This document shows positions 38,638 to 49,060 of a DNA stretch of 64,000 nucleotides, one piece after another (the stretch's first letter is position 1; the number at the start of each line of letters is the position of its first letter). The translations under genes and the position numbers were made by a program. The notes beneath the pieces are model-generated. The model did no database searches. It had not been told where the DNA came from and was given only the letters and a program-made list of their open reading frames with translations. This stretch comes from an uncultured Clostridia bacterium (GTDB lineage: Bacteria > Bacillota > Clostridia > Oscillospirales > Acutalibacteraceae): assembly GCA_947623175.1 (NCBI GenBank), contig CANQGK010000003.1:9667-73666 (forward strand), written 5' to 3'.

Positions 38638-38826
38638 TTAAACAGCTCTGGTAACTTTACCTGAACGCAGGCAGCGGGTGCAAACATTGATACGGCGCGG
38701 CGAACCATTTACGATTGCCTTAACCTTCTTTACATTGGGCTTCCAGGTTCTGTTGGTACGTCTGTGTGAGTGAGATACCTTAATACCGAAAGCAATTTCT
38801 TTGTTGCAGATATCACATTTAGCCAT
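38638..38826 (-). CDS. rpmB: 50S ribosomal protein L28
   Basis: The 62-aa product is MAKCDICNKEIAFGIKVSHSHRRTNRTWKPNVKKVKA... The tracked ORF has a spurious N-terminal extension to 38925. Confidence 0.92.
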   Translation of the reverse strand: MAKCDICNKEIAFGIKVSHSHRRTNRTWKPNVKKVKAIVNGSPRRINVCTRCLRSGKVTRAV

Positions 38827-38937
38827 GGTCTGCACCTCCTTATATCTGATTAGCGCGGAACAATATATCCGCATAGCAAAAATTATAATAACACATTTAT
38901 TTACAAAAATCAAGTATTTTTTCAATAATATTGAATT

Positions 38938-39924
38938 TTAGCCGTTTTCGCTCTTTCCGGGGCGGTTCATAAGGTCTTTTAGGGCGGTTTTTGCGTCCTT
39001 GCCTTCATAAAGAATAGCATAACATTCCCTTACTATAGGCATTTCGATATTATATTCTTTTGAAAGGCTGTACGCCATTTCCGCGGCGTAATAGCCCTCT
39101 ACCGTGCCCACTTCCGCGAGAGCGGTTTTGACCGGAGTTCCGCTTCCCACCTTAAATCCGAAGCGGTTGTTGCGGCTGTGCTTTGAAATACATGTCACGA
39201 TAAGGTCGCCCACACCCGCAAGCCCCGAAAAGGTAGATTGCCTTGCCCCGATGCAGACGCCGAGCCTGCACATTTCGGCAAGTCCTCTCGTAATGAGCGC
39301 GGCTTTTGTATTGTCGCCGAGAGCGAGTCCGTCGCATATACCGGCGGCTATCGCGATGATATTTTTAATCGCGCCGCCCAATTCCACGCCGATTACGTCG
39401 TTTGAGGTATATATTCGCAAAACCTCCGAAGAAAGTATGCTTTGCACCGCCTGCGCCGCCGCCAAAGATTCCGACGCCGCCACAAGAAAGGTGGGAACGG
39501 CGCGCGCCACTTCCTCCGCGTGAGACGGGCCCGACAGGACAACCAGGGGTATATCGGGCAATTCTTCGGTTATTACCTGTGACAGTCGGTTGAGGGTTTG
39601 CTTTTCGAGCCCTTTTGCAACGTTTATCACTATTCCGAAATCGGAATAATTTTTAAGCTTTGCCGCCACCTCGCGCACCGCTACGGACGGTACGGCTATG
39701 ATAGTAAGTACGTCGCCGTTTACACAGGATAAATCGTCCGTTACGGTAATATCCTCGGGCAGAAAAACGCCGTTCAAGAGCTTTTCGTTTGTGCGCTTTT
39801 GAGAAAGTAACTCGACTTCCTCCTTAAAAGGCGACCACAGGCTTACCTTACAGCCCTTTTTATAAGCGGAGATTGCCAACGCCATACCCCAGCCGCCGGA
39901 GCCTAAAACAGATACCTTAACCAA
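38938..39924 (-). CDS. gpsA: NAD(P)H-dependent glycerol-3-phosphate dehydrogenase
   Basis: 328 aa with VLGSGGWGMALA, GPSHAEEV and GGAIKNIIAIAAG. Confidence 0.92.
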   Translation of the reverse strand: MVKVSVLGSGGWGMALAISAYKKGCKVSLWSPFKEEVELLSQKRTNEKLLNGVFLPEDITVTDDLSCVNGDVLTIIAVPSVAVREVAAKLKNYSDFGIVINVAKGLEKQTLNRLSQVITEELPDIPLVVLSGPSHAEEVARAVPTFLVAASESLAAAQAVQSILSSEVLRIYTSNDVIGVELGGAIKNIIAIAAGICDGLALGDNTKAALITRGLAEMCRLGVCIGARQSTFSGLAGVGDLIVTCISKHSRNNRFGFKVGSGTPVKTALAEVGTVEGYYAAEMAYSLSKEYNIEMPIVRECYAILYEGKDAKTALKDLMNRPGKSENG

Positions 39925-39926
39925 AG

Positions 39927-40574
39927 CTATTTGCCCCCTTTTCCGATTTTTCTTTCCGTACCCGCAAGCAGGCGTTTGATATTATCAATGTGCTTTATTA
40001 TTACTATGGCGCCCATAATCAACGATAATATTATCTGCGGCAAAAGCAAGCCACTATCACTGTGAAAAACCATAGAAAGCCCGACGACTACGATCGCGGC
40101 GATTATCGAGCTTAACGATACAATCCTCGAAACCAAAAGGCTTATCGCAAAGGCGGTTAATCCCAACACTATCGCGGGCCATGAGCATACCGCGTATATT
40201 CCCACGCTTACAGCGACGCCCTTTCCGCCCTTGAAGCCGAAAAATACCGGAAAAACGTGGCCCAACATACAAGCCACACCGCAGATATAAGCGCCGTATA
40301 TGGGCTGCGCCCATACCGCTCCCGTCGCGGTTAAAATATAATCAAATATGATTTTGCCCAAAAAACAGGCGATAAAGCCCTTGAGCACATCGCATACGAA
40401 GGTAAGGGCTCCCGGTAAAAATCCGGCGTTGCGCATTACGTTGGTAGTGCCGGCGTTGCCGCTGCCCAGGGTTCGCACGTCCTTTTTAAGAAAAACCTTT
40501 GCGAATATAACCGCAAAGTTGATACTTCCCAAAAGATAGGCGGCTATTACGGTAATTACTGCGGTAGTTATCAC
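39927..40574 (-). CDS. plsY: glycerol-3-phosphate acyltransferase PlsY
   Basis: 215 aa, a membrane protein with GSGNAGTTNV and FKGGKGVA. Confidence 0.92.
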   Translation of the reverse strand: MITTAVITVIAAYLLGSINFAVIFAKVFLKKDVRTLGSGNAGTTNVMRNAGFLPGALTFVCDVLKGFIACFLGKIIFDYILTATGAVWAQPIYGAYICGVACMLGHVFPVFFGFKGGKGVAVSVGIYAVCSWPAIVLGLTAFAISLLVSRIVSLSSIIAAIVVVGLSMVFHSDSGLLLPQIILSLIMGAIVIIKHIDNIKRLLAGTERKIGKGGK

Positions 40575-41896
40575 TTTTTGTCTCCCCTTTCACGAATAAC
40601 GAAGCGTACCGGCGTACCCTCAAGACCGAAAGTGGCGCGAATTTGATTTTCAAGGTAGCGCTGATACGAAAAGTGAAATAAATCGATTTTATTGCAGAAA
40701 CAAACGAACGTGGGCGGCTTTGCGGAAGCCTGCGTCATATAATAAATTTTAAGACGCTTTCCCTTATCCGAGGGCGGCTGTACTCTGGCGGTGGCGTCCG
40801 CCAAAATATCGTTAAGCATACCGGTGGATATGCGCATGCTGTTCTGCTCGTTAACGTATTTTATAAGGTCGAAAAGCCTGTCTACCCTTTGACCGGTTTT
40901 GGCGGAAATAAAAATTATCGGCGCGTAGGACATAAACGAAAAATCGTTCATGAGCTTTTTGCGCATAGCGTCCATGGTATTGCCGTCCTTTTCGACGGCG
41001 TCCCATTTGTTGACGGCGATAATGCATGCCTTGCCCTCCTCGAGCGCAAGCCCCGCAACCTTGGAGTCCTGCTCGGTAAAGCCGTCTGTGGCGTCTATCA
41101 TAATAACGCAGACGTCGGCGCGCTCAATAGCCATTTTTGCCCTTATAACGCTGTATTTTTCTATTTTTTCCTCTACCTTTGATTTGCGTCTGAGACCCGC
41201 GGTATCGATAAATCTGTAACGTACACCGTTTTTTTCGATCAGCGTATCGATAGCGTCGCGGGTGGTGCCGGCAACATCCGATACTATGGAGCGCTCCTCG
41301 CCCGCGATTTGATTTATGAGGGAGGATTTTCCGACGTTGGGCTTACCGATAAGCGCGACGTTGATTATACTTTCATCCTCCTCGGCAAATTCCTCTTCGG
41401 GAATGTGCGCCGTAACGCAGTCGAGCAGATCGCCCGTGCCGTGGCCGTGTATCGAGGATACCGCTATCGGATCTCCGAGCCCCAAATTGTAAAATTCGTA
41501 AAATTCCGCAGGCTTATCCCCTATTGTATCGCATTTGTTTACGCAAAGCACCACCGGCTTGCCGCATTTCCTGAGCATTGCGGCGACCTCCTCGTCGGCG
41601 GCGGTAACTCCCGCTCTTATATCGGTGACAAAAATAATTACCGAAGCCGTATCCATAGCAAGCTGTGCCTGAGAGCGCATACTGCTTAAAATAATATCGT
41701 CGGTTTTGGGCTCGATGCCGCCGGTGTCGACAAACATCATTTTTTTGCCGAGCCATTCCGCGTCGCCGTAAATGCGGTCGCGCGTAACGCCGGGCGTATC
41801 GTCTACGATAGAAAGCCTTTTCCCTATAATTTTGTTAAAAAGCGTGGATTTGCCGACGTTAGGTCTGCCCACAACGGCAACTACGGGTTTCGCCAT
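40571..41896 (-). CDS. der: ribosome biogenesis GTPase Der (EngA)
   Basis: 441 aa with two GTPase domains (GRPNVGKST, GKPNVGKSS) and a KH-like C-terminus. Confidence 0.95.
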   Translation of the reverse strand: MAKPVVAVVGRPNVGKSTLFNKIIGKRLSIVDDTPGVTRDRIYGDAEWLGKKMMFVDTGGIEPKTDDIILSSMRSQAQLAMDTASVIIFVTDIRAGVTAADEEVAAMLRKCGKPVVLCVNKCDTIGDKPAEFYEFYNLGLGDPIAVSSIHGHGTGDLLDCVTAHIPEEEFAEEDESIINVALIGKPNVGKSSLINQIAGEERSIVSDVAGTTRDAIDTLIEKNGVRYRFIDTAGLRRKSKVEEKIEKYSVIRAKMAIERADVCVIMIDATDGFTEQDSKVAGLALEEGKACIIAVNKWDAVEKDGNTMDAMRKKLMNDFSFMSYAPIIFISAKTGQRVDRLFDLIKYVNEQNSMRISTGMLNDILADATARVQPPSDKGKRLKIYYMTQASAKPPTFVCFCNKIDLFHFSYQRYLENQIRATFGLEGTPVRFVIRERGDKK

Positions 41897-41899
41897 ACC

Positions 41900-43219
41900 T
41901 TACATCTCCTGTCCGAGTATTTTTTCCGTTAAACGGTATCCGTCGTTTTCTACGGGTGTGATCTTAATGTTCAATCTCTCCGACAGCTCGTCGAGCGTAA
42001 CGCTGTCAAGAAACATTTTGCCGTCGGCGTCCAGCATAACCGCCGGAATAAGCAATTCCTCGCCTAAATCCTCCGATTTAAGCCGGTCGTAAATATCGGT
42101 TGCCGTAACCAGCCCCGCAACGTCGACAAGTCCGCCGAAAAAGTTATTTTTTACGGGATATACCCTACATTCGAGATTATCCCACTTTTTCATTATATTG
42201 TCAACTATGCGGTTTATAAAAGGATACGCCGCTTCGCCCGTAGCTATTGAAATTCTGCGCTTTTTGTAAAGCTTATGATCATAAGCGTCCAAAGCGTCCG
42301 CCGCCTCGCTCATAAGCAGCGATACGAGCCCCACGCCGTCCTCAAGCTGTGAAAAATCCTCGTAATACGAAGCCTTCGGCAATTCACTTTCTGCCAAAAG
42401 ATAAAATTCGTCCGACGCGAAAACCTTGCGGACGCCGTACTTTTTTATACATTCGTTTCCGAATTTTTCGGTTGTCTCAATTGTTTTAATTGCGTTTTGC
42501 TTATCAAAGGGCGAAATATGCTCAAGATTATCCCGATACCGCGTAAGTCCTACGGGAACCGCCGCTATGCTTTCGACGTTTTCGAGCGCCGTAAGATCGC
42601 CGAGGGTTCTTTTTAATTCCTCGCCGTCGTTAATTCCCGGCACCAGCACCAATTGGCAGTTAAGCTTAATGCCGGCGTCGTTAAAGCGGTTTATTATCGA
42701 CAGCGCCGCTCCCGCGTTTTTGTTTTTCATCATTTTGACGCGAAGCTCGGGATTGGTGGTATGCACCGAAATATTTACGGGGCTTATGTGCATTTTAATA
42801 ATACGCTCTATTTCATGCTCCGTAATATTCGTAAGGGTAATATAGTTGCCGAACAGAAAGGAAAGCCGCGAATCGTCATCCTTGTAATAAAGGCTGTCGC
42901 GCAAGCCCTTCGGCAGCTGGTCTATAAAACAAAAAATGCATTTGTTGCGGCAGGAATGCTTTTTATCCATAAGATAGGTTTCGAACTCAAGACCTAATTC
43001 CTCGTATTCGTCCTTTTTGATCTTAACCTTCTTGATTTTGCCCGAGGCGTTTATATATTCGAGCGTAATGCGCGAATTATTTTGATAAAAACGGTAATCC
43101 AGCACGTCCGTTATCTCGTTGCCGTCAATCGATACAAGCGTATCTCCGGCATGAACGCCCTTTTTGGCGGCAATGCTTTTCGGCTGTACCGCATTTATTA
43201 TAACCGACACATAAAACAC
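41900..43219 (-). CDS. DUF512 domain-containing protein (PDZ plus radical-SAM-like)
   Basis: 439 aa with an N-terminal PDZ-like region (AAKKGVHAGDTLVSIDGNEI), then CRNKCIFCFIDQ. It is upstream of der, as in many Clostridia. Confidence 0.8.
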   Translation of the reverse strand: MFYVSVIINAVQPKSIAAKKGVHAGDTLVSIDGNEITDVLDYRFYQNNSRITLEYINASGKIKKVKIKKDEYEELGLEFETYLMDKKHSCRNKCIFCFIDQLPKGLRDSLYYKDDDSRLSFLFGNYITLTNITEHEIERIIKMHISPVNISVHTTNPELRVKMMKNKNAGAALSIINRFNDAGIKLNCQLVLVPGINDGEELKRTLGDLTALENVESIAAVPVGLTRYRDNLEHISPFDKQNAIKTIETTEKFGNECIKKYGVRKVFASDEFYLLAESELPKASYYEDFSQLEDGVGLVSLLMSEAADALDAYDHKLYKKRRISIATGEAAYPFINRIVDNIMKKWDNLECRVYPVKNNFFGGLVDVAGLVTATDIYDRLKSEDLGEELLIPAVMLDADGKMFLDSVTLDELSERLNIKITPVENDGYRLTEKILGQEM

Positions 43220-43240
43220 CTCGCAATCAAAAGCTTTTGT

Positions 43241-43269
43241 AAAAAATAAGAGGAGGATTGCTCCTCCTC
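43241..43269 (-). terminator. rpmF terminator
   Basis: On the minus strand: gaggagga-caat-tcctcctc followed by ttatttttt. Confidence 0.65.
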
Positions 43270-43280
43270 ATGTAAAACAA

Positions 43281-43460
43281 TTATTCGCTTACCTTTACAA
43301 CCTCACGGCCGTTATACTGACCGCAGGCGGGGCAAAGTCTGTGAGGGCGCTTATATTCACCGCAGGAACACCTTACAAGTGTGGGCGCATTCAATTTCCA
43401 TACATTATTTCTTCTCTTATCACGTCTTGCTTTGGAAGTTTTTCTCTTCGGTACTGCCAT
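43281..43460 (-). CDS. rpmF: 50S ribosomal protein L32
   Basis: At 59 aa it is below the ORF-track cutoff. My translation is [59 protein letters not shown]. Confidence 0.92.
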   Translation of the reverse strand: MAVPKRKTSKARRDKRRNNVWKLNAPTLVRCSCGEYKRPHRLCPACGQYNGREVVKVSE

Positions 43461-43480
43461 TTCGGCACCTCCTTAAAGTT

Positions 43481-43990
43481 TTAGTCGTCGTTTTGGTCCT
43501 TTAAAAGCTCGGCAAGCACAGCCAATCGCGGATCAATTTCCTTTTTGACGCAATTGCACTCGCCCTCGTTAAGATTTTTGCCGCACTTAAAGCAGATACC
43601 CTTGCATTCCTCGTCGCATAAGTGCTTCATAGGCAGACTTACGACAACCTCGGAATACACAAGCTCATCCAAGTTAAGCTTCATATCGGGAGTTATGAGT
43701 ATCGTGTCGCTTTCCTCGGCTTCTATGGAAACCGCAAGGGACTTATCCAAAGTCACAGTGTGCTCGCGCCGGGTGTTGGTACCGCAGCGGTCGCATGGCG
43801 CTTCGTATTCAAAAACTACGGAAGCTTCCAATCTTACGAGGCTTGCCTTGTTGAATATTTTGCCCTTAAGCTTTACGGGTTTTTTGAGCGGATATTCACC
43901 CATATACTCAAGGTCGCTCATATCCAGGCTATACTCAAGCGGTTGGGAAGAATTATCATTGACAAAAATATGCTTTAAATCAATAATCAT
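43481..43990 (-). CDS. yceD: YceD/DUF177 family protein
   Basis: 169 aa with Cys pairs (CDRCG, CKGICFKCGKNLNEGEC), directly upstream of rpmF. Confidence 0.85.
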   Translation of the reverse strand: MIIDLKHIFVNDNSSQPLEYSLDMSDLEYMGEYPLKKPVKLKGKIFNKASLVRLEASVVFEYEAPCDRCGTNTRREHTVTLDKSLAVSIEAEESDTILITPDMKLNLDELVYSEVVVSLPMKHLCDEECKGICFKCGKNLNEGECNCVKKEIDPRLAVLAELLKDQNDD

Positions 43991-44017
43991 GCTTCCACCT
44001 CTATTTGCGCAAAGTTT

Positions 44018-44046
44018 ATTTTAACATTAAGAAAGCGCTTTGTCAA
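44018..44046 (-). promoter_or_regulatory. putative yceD-rpmF promoter
   Basis: Read on the minus strand: TTGACA, 17-nt spacer, TAAAAT. Confidence 0.5.
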
Positions 44047-44120
44047 GAATTTTTATTGCAATAAGCGAAAATTTACGAAAATTTACGAAAAAATACGTTT
44101 ATTGCCCTGTTTTCCCCTTT

Positions 44121-45158
44121 TTACACAAAATAATAGTTGGTATCCCACGCCGGCAGGCTTTTGAAATGCCGCATGTAAATTTTATAATCGTCTCTTATAT
44201 CAAGCACCGCGCGCGGCAGGCTTATAAGGTCCTCGGTACGGTGGTAACAGGCGGTAAGAATTTTGGGTCTGTATTTCAAAATCGTCTCCTTCGCCCCCGC
44301 AATCGCGTTCTTTTCCTCGCCCTCTATATCCATTTTAATATAAGTAACTTCTTCGCCGTCAAGCAAGGCGTCCACCGTGATATATTCCGCCAAGGTTTCC
44401 CCCGTAAACGCCGCAGAGCCTCTTGCGTGCTTCATACCGAAGGGCGCTTTGCCGCAGAAATTCGAAATGCAATAATTATAACATTTTATATTTTCATACT
44501 TTTCGACGCCTGCCGCAAGCTTTTTAAAGGTTTTGGCGTCGCCCTCCGCCGCCGTTATTTTTTTGTAATTCGCCGTCCTGCTTATAAAATCCCTTACCGT
44601 GTCTCCGTTATAGGCGCCGAGATCGAGAAAGCTCTCATCCTCCGAAAGCTTAAAAAAGCTATCGTACGGCTCGTCAAAATCCGTTTCGCAGTCGTAAAGG
44701 TAATTCAGTTTTCCGCTTATTTTGTATTTTATCGTATTTATAAAGGTTTTTTTGGAAAGCTCGTCCGCCAAAAGTTCGTAAACCTTATCAAGATCCGATT
44801 TGTTATTATAATAGTATTCTTCGTCAAACATCCCGCCGCCTATTACCGGCACGTCGGGCGCGTACAGCTCATCTTCTGCGGAAATGCGCTTTATATTCTC
44901 CAAAACCTCGTCTCGCGCGCTTCCGAAGCAAAGCAGTACCGCCATACTGCCGAACCGTTCTTTTAACTCCGCGTAAGAAGAAATTTTAAATCCGTGAAAG
45001 GTTTTGTCTCTTACAAATCCGTCGCTTGCAAAAACGCCGTCGAACGGTATGCCGCGCTCCTTTAAAACCTTTATTATTTTATCGGCGCCGTTGCCCATGC
45101 CGTAAAGCACTATCGGCTTTTTTACGGTTTTCAGATATTTCCAAAGCTCCCACTCCAT
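44121..45158 (-). CDS. FkbM family methyltransferase
   Basis: FLDLGAYNGDTVRDF (SAM-binding), YIKMDIEGEEKNAIAGAK and LTACYHRTEDL. Start set at MEWELWKY; the tracked ORF extends to 45209. Confidence 0.75.
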   Translation of the reverse strand: MEWELWKYLKTVKKPIVLYGMGNGADKIIKVLKERGIPFDGVFASDGFVRDKTFHGFKISSYAELKERFGSMAVLLCFGSARDEVLENIKRISAEDELYAPDVPVIGGGMFDEEYYYNNKSDLDKVYELLADELSKKTFINTIKYKISGKLNYLYDCETDFDEPYDSFFKLSEDESFLDLGAYNGDTVRDFISRTANYKKITAAEGDAKTFKKLAAGVEKYENIKCYNYCISNFCGKAPFGMKHARGSAAFTGETLAEYITVDALLDGEEVTYIKMDIEGEEKNAIAGAKETILKYRPKILTACYHRTEDLISLPRAVLDIRDDYKIYMRHFKSLPAWDTNYYFV

Positions 45159-45324
45159 AAAGCAATCCTTTATAACTAAAACTTTATTAAGAATTATAAC
45201 ACTCGGCATATATCATTTCAAGTTAATTTTTCGTTTATAAAAGGATAAATTTAAATAAAAAAGGTATTGAAGAGAATTTCAAAATATGTTAAACTTAAGA
45301 AAATATAAAATACGGAGGATTTTT

Positions 45325-46794
45325 ATGAAAAAGGTACTTTCATTCGATTTCGGCGCGTCAAGCGGCAGAGCAATGCTCGCAACCTACAGCGACGGTAAAA
45401 TTTCCATGGAGGAAATTCACCGCTTTTCAAACGACACCGTAATCGTAAACAAAACCATGTATTGGGACGTTTTGCGCCTGTTTTTCGAAATTAAAACAAG
45501 CATTACAAAAGCGGTATTAAACGGCGGATTTGACGCAATAGGTATAGATACCTGGGGCGTCGATTTCGGACTTATCGACAAGCACGGCAGGCTTTTGGGC
45601 AATCCCGTCCACTATCGCGACAGCCGCACCGAGGGTATTCCCGAAAAGGTATTTAAAGAGGTTTCAAAGGAAGAAATATACAAACACACCGGTTCGCAGT
45701 TTATGCGGATAAACACCCTTTATCAGCTTATGTATTTAAAATACAACGAGCCGGAGCTTCTCGAAAATACCGAAAAGCTTATTCTTATGCCGGATTTATT
45801 CGCTTATATGCTCACGGGCGAAATACATGCCGAGGCGAGCATGGCGTCAACCACCAATCTTTACGATCCTTACAAAAGAGATTGGGATTTTGAGCTTATA
45901 GAAAAATTGGGGCTTCCGAAGCGCATTTTCCCCCCGATAATCAAAGCCGGCAACGTTTACGGAATGCTCACCGACGAAATTTGCGAGGAATTGGGCTGTA
46001 AGAAAGTGCCGGTCATTTCGGTTTGCGGTCACGATACCGCAAGCGCGGTTGCGGCGGTGCCCTCTTTGTCCGACGATTTCGTGTATATCAGCTGCGGCAC
46101 CTGGAGCCTTTTCGGAATCGAAACCAAAGAACCGATTATAAACGACGAGGTATTAAAGCTTAACTTTACAAACGAGGGCGGCTTTAAGGATACCGTAAGA
46201 TTTTTAAAGAACATTATGGGATTGTGGCTTATACAGGAATCCCGCCGTCAATGGAAACGCGAGGGCGAAGACGTCGGCTTTGACCTGCTCGAAAAAGAGG
46301 CGCTCGCAAGCGAACCCTTTAAATGCTTTGTCGACGTGGACGACGCTTCGTTTGAGCCCGCCGGCAATCTTCCGAAAAGAGTTTGTGAGTATTGCGAAAA
46401 AACCGGTCAATACGTTCCGAAAACGCGGGGCGAAATTATGCGCTGTATTTATCAAAGCATTGCGATGAAATACAAATACACCTTTGATAAGCTTAACCGC
46501 ATAGGCGAACATACCTACAACAAAATAAATATGCTGGGCGGCGGAATAAAGGATAAGCTGTTATGCCGTATGACCGCCGACGCCTGCAACGCCGAGGTGC
46601 TCGCCGGCCCCACCGAAGCAACGGTTATGGGCAATATCGCGGTAGCTTATTACTGCTTGGGCGAAATTAAGGATTTTGCGGAAATACGCAGAACCGTTTC
46701 AAATTCCACCGATATAGCGCATTACATGCCTTCCGACAGCGAAGCGTGGAACGAAGCTTACTCAAAATACCTCGAAGTGACAAATCAAAAATAA
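45325..46794 (+). CDS. FGGY-family carbohydrate kinase, rhamnulokinase-like
   Basis: MKKVLSFDFGASSGRAML...IGIDTWGVDFGL...YRDSRT and a C-terminal GGGIKDKLLCRMTADA. GGAGG RBS; the tracked ORF starts at 45286. Confidence 0.8.
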   Translation: MKKVLSFDFGASSGRAMLATYSDGKISMEEIHRFSNDTVIVNKTMYWDVLRLFFEIKTSITKAVLNGGFDAIGIDTWGVDFGLIDKHGRLLGNPVHYRDSRTEGIPEKVFKEVSKEEIYKHTGSQFMRINTLYQLMYLKYNEPELLENTEKLILMPDLFAYMLTGEIHAEASMASTTNLYDPYKRDWDFELIEKLGLPKRIFPPIIKAGNVYGMLTDEICEELGCKKVPVISVCGHDTASAVAAVPSLSDDFVYISCGTWSLFGIETKEPIINDEVLKLNFTNEGGFKDTVRFLKNIMGLWLIQESRRQWKREGEDVGFDLLEKEALASEPFKCFVDVDDASFEPAGNLPKRVCEYCEKTGQYVPKTRGEIMRCIYQSIAMKYKYTFDKLNRIGEHTYNKINMLGGGIKDKLLCRMTADACNAEVLAGPTEATVMGNIAVAYYCLGEIKDFAEIRRTVSNSTDIAHYMPSDSEAWNEAYSKYLEVTNQK

Positions 46795-46876
46795 AATCCG
46801 AAATCCGCGCAAAACAGTGTTGCGTATGTTTCTTTTCGTTTTAAATTTCTTTTGTTTTTCGCAGGTGTTTAATTAA

Positions 46877-47794
46877 ATGTTTGTCAACGTACTTACCCAG
46901 GTGGTAATTTTATTTATACTTATAATGCTCGGCGCGGCGCTTACAAAAAGCGGTATTCTTACCGAAAGCGGAGTTACAAGCATCACCGATACCGTACTTA
47001 TGCTTGTAACTCCCTGTCTTATAATTAAATCCTTTATCCGCCCGTTCGATAAATCGCTGCTTAAGGAGCTTGTCATAAGCTTTGCAATAGCCGTTTTGGC
47101 GCATGTGGGCTTTATTATTTTAAGCCGGCTTTTATTACATTCAAAGGAAAAATCCGTCGAGCGGGTTTTGCGCTTCGGAGCGGTATTTTCCAACTGCGGA
47201 TATATGTCGCTCCCCTTACAGCAGTCGATTTTAGGCGATATGGGCGTATTTTACGCCGCATCATTTATAGCTATCTTTAACCTTTTCGCATGGAGCTACG
47301 GAATAATTCTTATAAGCGGCGACAAAAAGTATTTTACCCCCAAAAAGCTGTTGATCAATCCGGGGCTTATAGGAATCGCCGTAGGGCTTGTGATTTTCCT
47401 CTTTTCCATTCCCGTGCCGAAGGTATTGTCCGAACCGATTTCTTACATAGCGGCGCTTAATACCCCGCTTCCTATGATAATCATAGGATATCATCTGACC
47501 AAAAGCAATTTGTTTGCGGGGCTTAAAAACGCAAAATGCATGCTGGCGATTTTATTGAGACTTGTCATTTTACCGCTTTTGGTATTGGGCGTCGCCTATC
47601 TTTTCGGAATACGCGGCGATATGCTCGTATCCACGGCTATTTCCTGCAGCGCGCCCATAGCGGCGATTACGACTATGTTCGCTTATAAATTTTCCGCCGA
47701 TACATCGCTTTCCGTAAATATGGTATCGCTGAGCACGGTATTTTCCCTGATAACCATGCCTTGTATTATAACTTTTGCGCAATATATTGCATAA
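46877..47794 (+). CDS. AEC (auxin efflux carrier) family transporter
   Basis: 305 aa, a polytopic membrane protein with an AEC-like N-terminus (MFVNVLTQVVILFILIMLGAALTK). Confidence 0.75.
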   Translation: MFVNVLTQVVILFILIMLGAALTKSGILTESGVTSITDTVLMLVTPCLIIKSFIRPFDKSLLKELVISFAIAVLAHVGFIILSRLLLHSKEKSVERVLRFGAVFSNCGYMSLPLQQSILGDMGVFYAASFIAIFNLFAWSYGIILISGDKKYFTPKKLLINPGLIGIAVGLVIFLFSIPVPKVLSEPISYIAALNTPLPMIIIGYHLTKSNLFAGLKNAKCMLAILLRLVILPLLVLGVAYLFGIRGDMLVSTAISCSAPIAAITTMFAYKFSADTSLSVNMVSLSTVFSLITMPCIITFAQYIA

Positions 47795-47836
47795 AAACCG
47801 TCCTCCGGTGTCAAAATATCACCGAGGTGATTTATT

Positions 47837-48301
47837 TTGACATTAACGCAAAAAGAAACGGATTTATTAAAGGATTTAAAGGATCAGGAAAAGCTTTGTG
47901 TTGAAAAATACACAAAATACGCATCGTCCGCGCTTGACGCGCAATTAAAAGAGCTTTTTACCTCTATTGCAAACGTGGAACGGCAGCATCTCAACACCAT
48001 TTCTCAAATGCAAAGCGGTAATCTTCCCTCAGCGCAGTCCGAAGGCGGTTCACAGCAAACCATAAAAACCTCCTTCGCCTCTACCTACGGCATGGGCGAT
48101 ACTCCCGACAAGCAGGCGGACTGCTATCTTTGCTCGGATCTTTTGGCAGACGAAAAGCATGTTTCGAGTCTTTACAATACCTGTATTTTCGAATTTAAAG
48201 CCGAGCAAAACCGAAATACCTTAAACCACATTCAAAAAGAAGAACAACAGCATGGCAAAGCCATTTACGATTATATGGCGGCAAATAACATGTATTCTTA
48301 A
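47837..48301 (+). CDS. spore coat protein, CotF-like
   Basis: 154 aa with a TTG start after GAGGTGA. The Coat_F-like sequence is LTQKETDLLKDLKDQEKLCVEKYTKYAS...ERQHLNTISQM. Confidence 0.75.
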   Translation: MTLTQKETDLLKDLKDQEKLCVEKYTKYASSALDAQLKELFTSIANVERQHLNTISQMQSGNLPSAQSEGGSQQTIKTSFASTYGMGDTPDKQADCYLCSDLLADEKHVSSLYNTCIFEFKAEQNRNTLNHIQKEEQQHGKAIYDYMAANNMYS

Positions 48302-48516
48302 CCGACGCAAGCAGGGTACGATGTGCCCTGCTTATATTATATACAGCATATACTGCAACGATCGTGCCTCCCTTTGAAAATTCAAATAAAGCCGATAATT
48401 TACAATCTTCGATATTTTCTTTTCGCGATTTTAGGAAAAAAATATTGAAGATTGTATTTTTTTAGGTTTACATTTTTTCAACTTTTTCCTTTCTATAAGC
48501 AAAGGAGTTGGTTGAA

Positions 48517-49038
48517 ATGACAAACGAGCTTTTGAAAAATCTTATAGCCGGCTTCCAAAAAGGTGATTGGGAAGTATTTCCGGTTATATATGACGAATTT
48601 AAAAAACTTATTACCCTATATTCCTACCGCATAAACGACGAAGACGCCAATGCGGAGCTTATGTTATTTTTTATTGAACTTTTGTATAGTATAGACATGG
48701 ATAGATTTAATTATATAGATTCGAACAGCCTTTCAAAATACATAGCGGTCTGCATAAGAAATAAATATATAGAATTATCCAAAAAATTCGGTCAATACCG
48801 CTCAAACCTCCTGCACTTATGCGAGAACTGTGTTTGCGCGGACACTTTAAATTGCTACATAAGGTTGGAAACCGTCGAGCTGTTAAAGGAACTGTCATTA
48901 CGTCAAAGAGCGGTTATTGTTTATAAATACATATACAAATACACCGATACGGAAATTTCTGAAATGTTGGGGGTGAGCAGGCAGGCGATAAATCGCCTTA
49001 AAAACCGCGCTTTGAAGCAATTACGCAAGCTTTATTAA
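48517..49038 (+). CDS. small sigma-70 family RNA polymerase sigma factor
   Basis: About 173 aa. The region 4 HTH is LSLRQRAVIVYKYIYKYTDTEISEMLGVSRQAINRLKNRALKQLR. An AAAGGAG RBS lies 9 nt upstream. Confidence 0.8.
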   Translation: MTNELLKNLIAGFQKGDWEVFPVIYDEFKKLITLYSYRINDEDANAELMLFFIELLYSIDMDRFNYIDSNSLSKYIAVCIRNKYIELSKKFGQYRSNLLHLCENCVCADTLNCYIRLETVELLKELSLRQRAVIVYKYIYKYTDTEISEMLGVSRQAINRLKNRALKQLRKLY

Positions 49039-49060
49039 ACAATTTAAGGAGGAAAATTTT

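Noticed and set aside
44040-44966. A 308-aa plus-strand ORF opposite the FkbM methyltransferase gene.
   Set aside because: It is an antisense shadow ORF with an Arg/Phe/Ile-rich nonsense-like translation. Its 5' end overlaps the yceD promoter.
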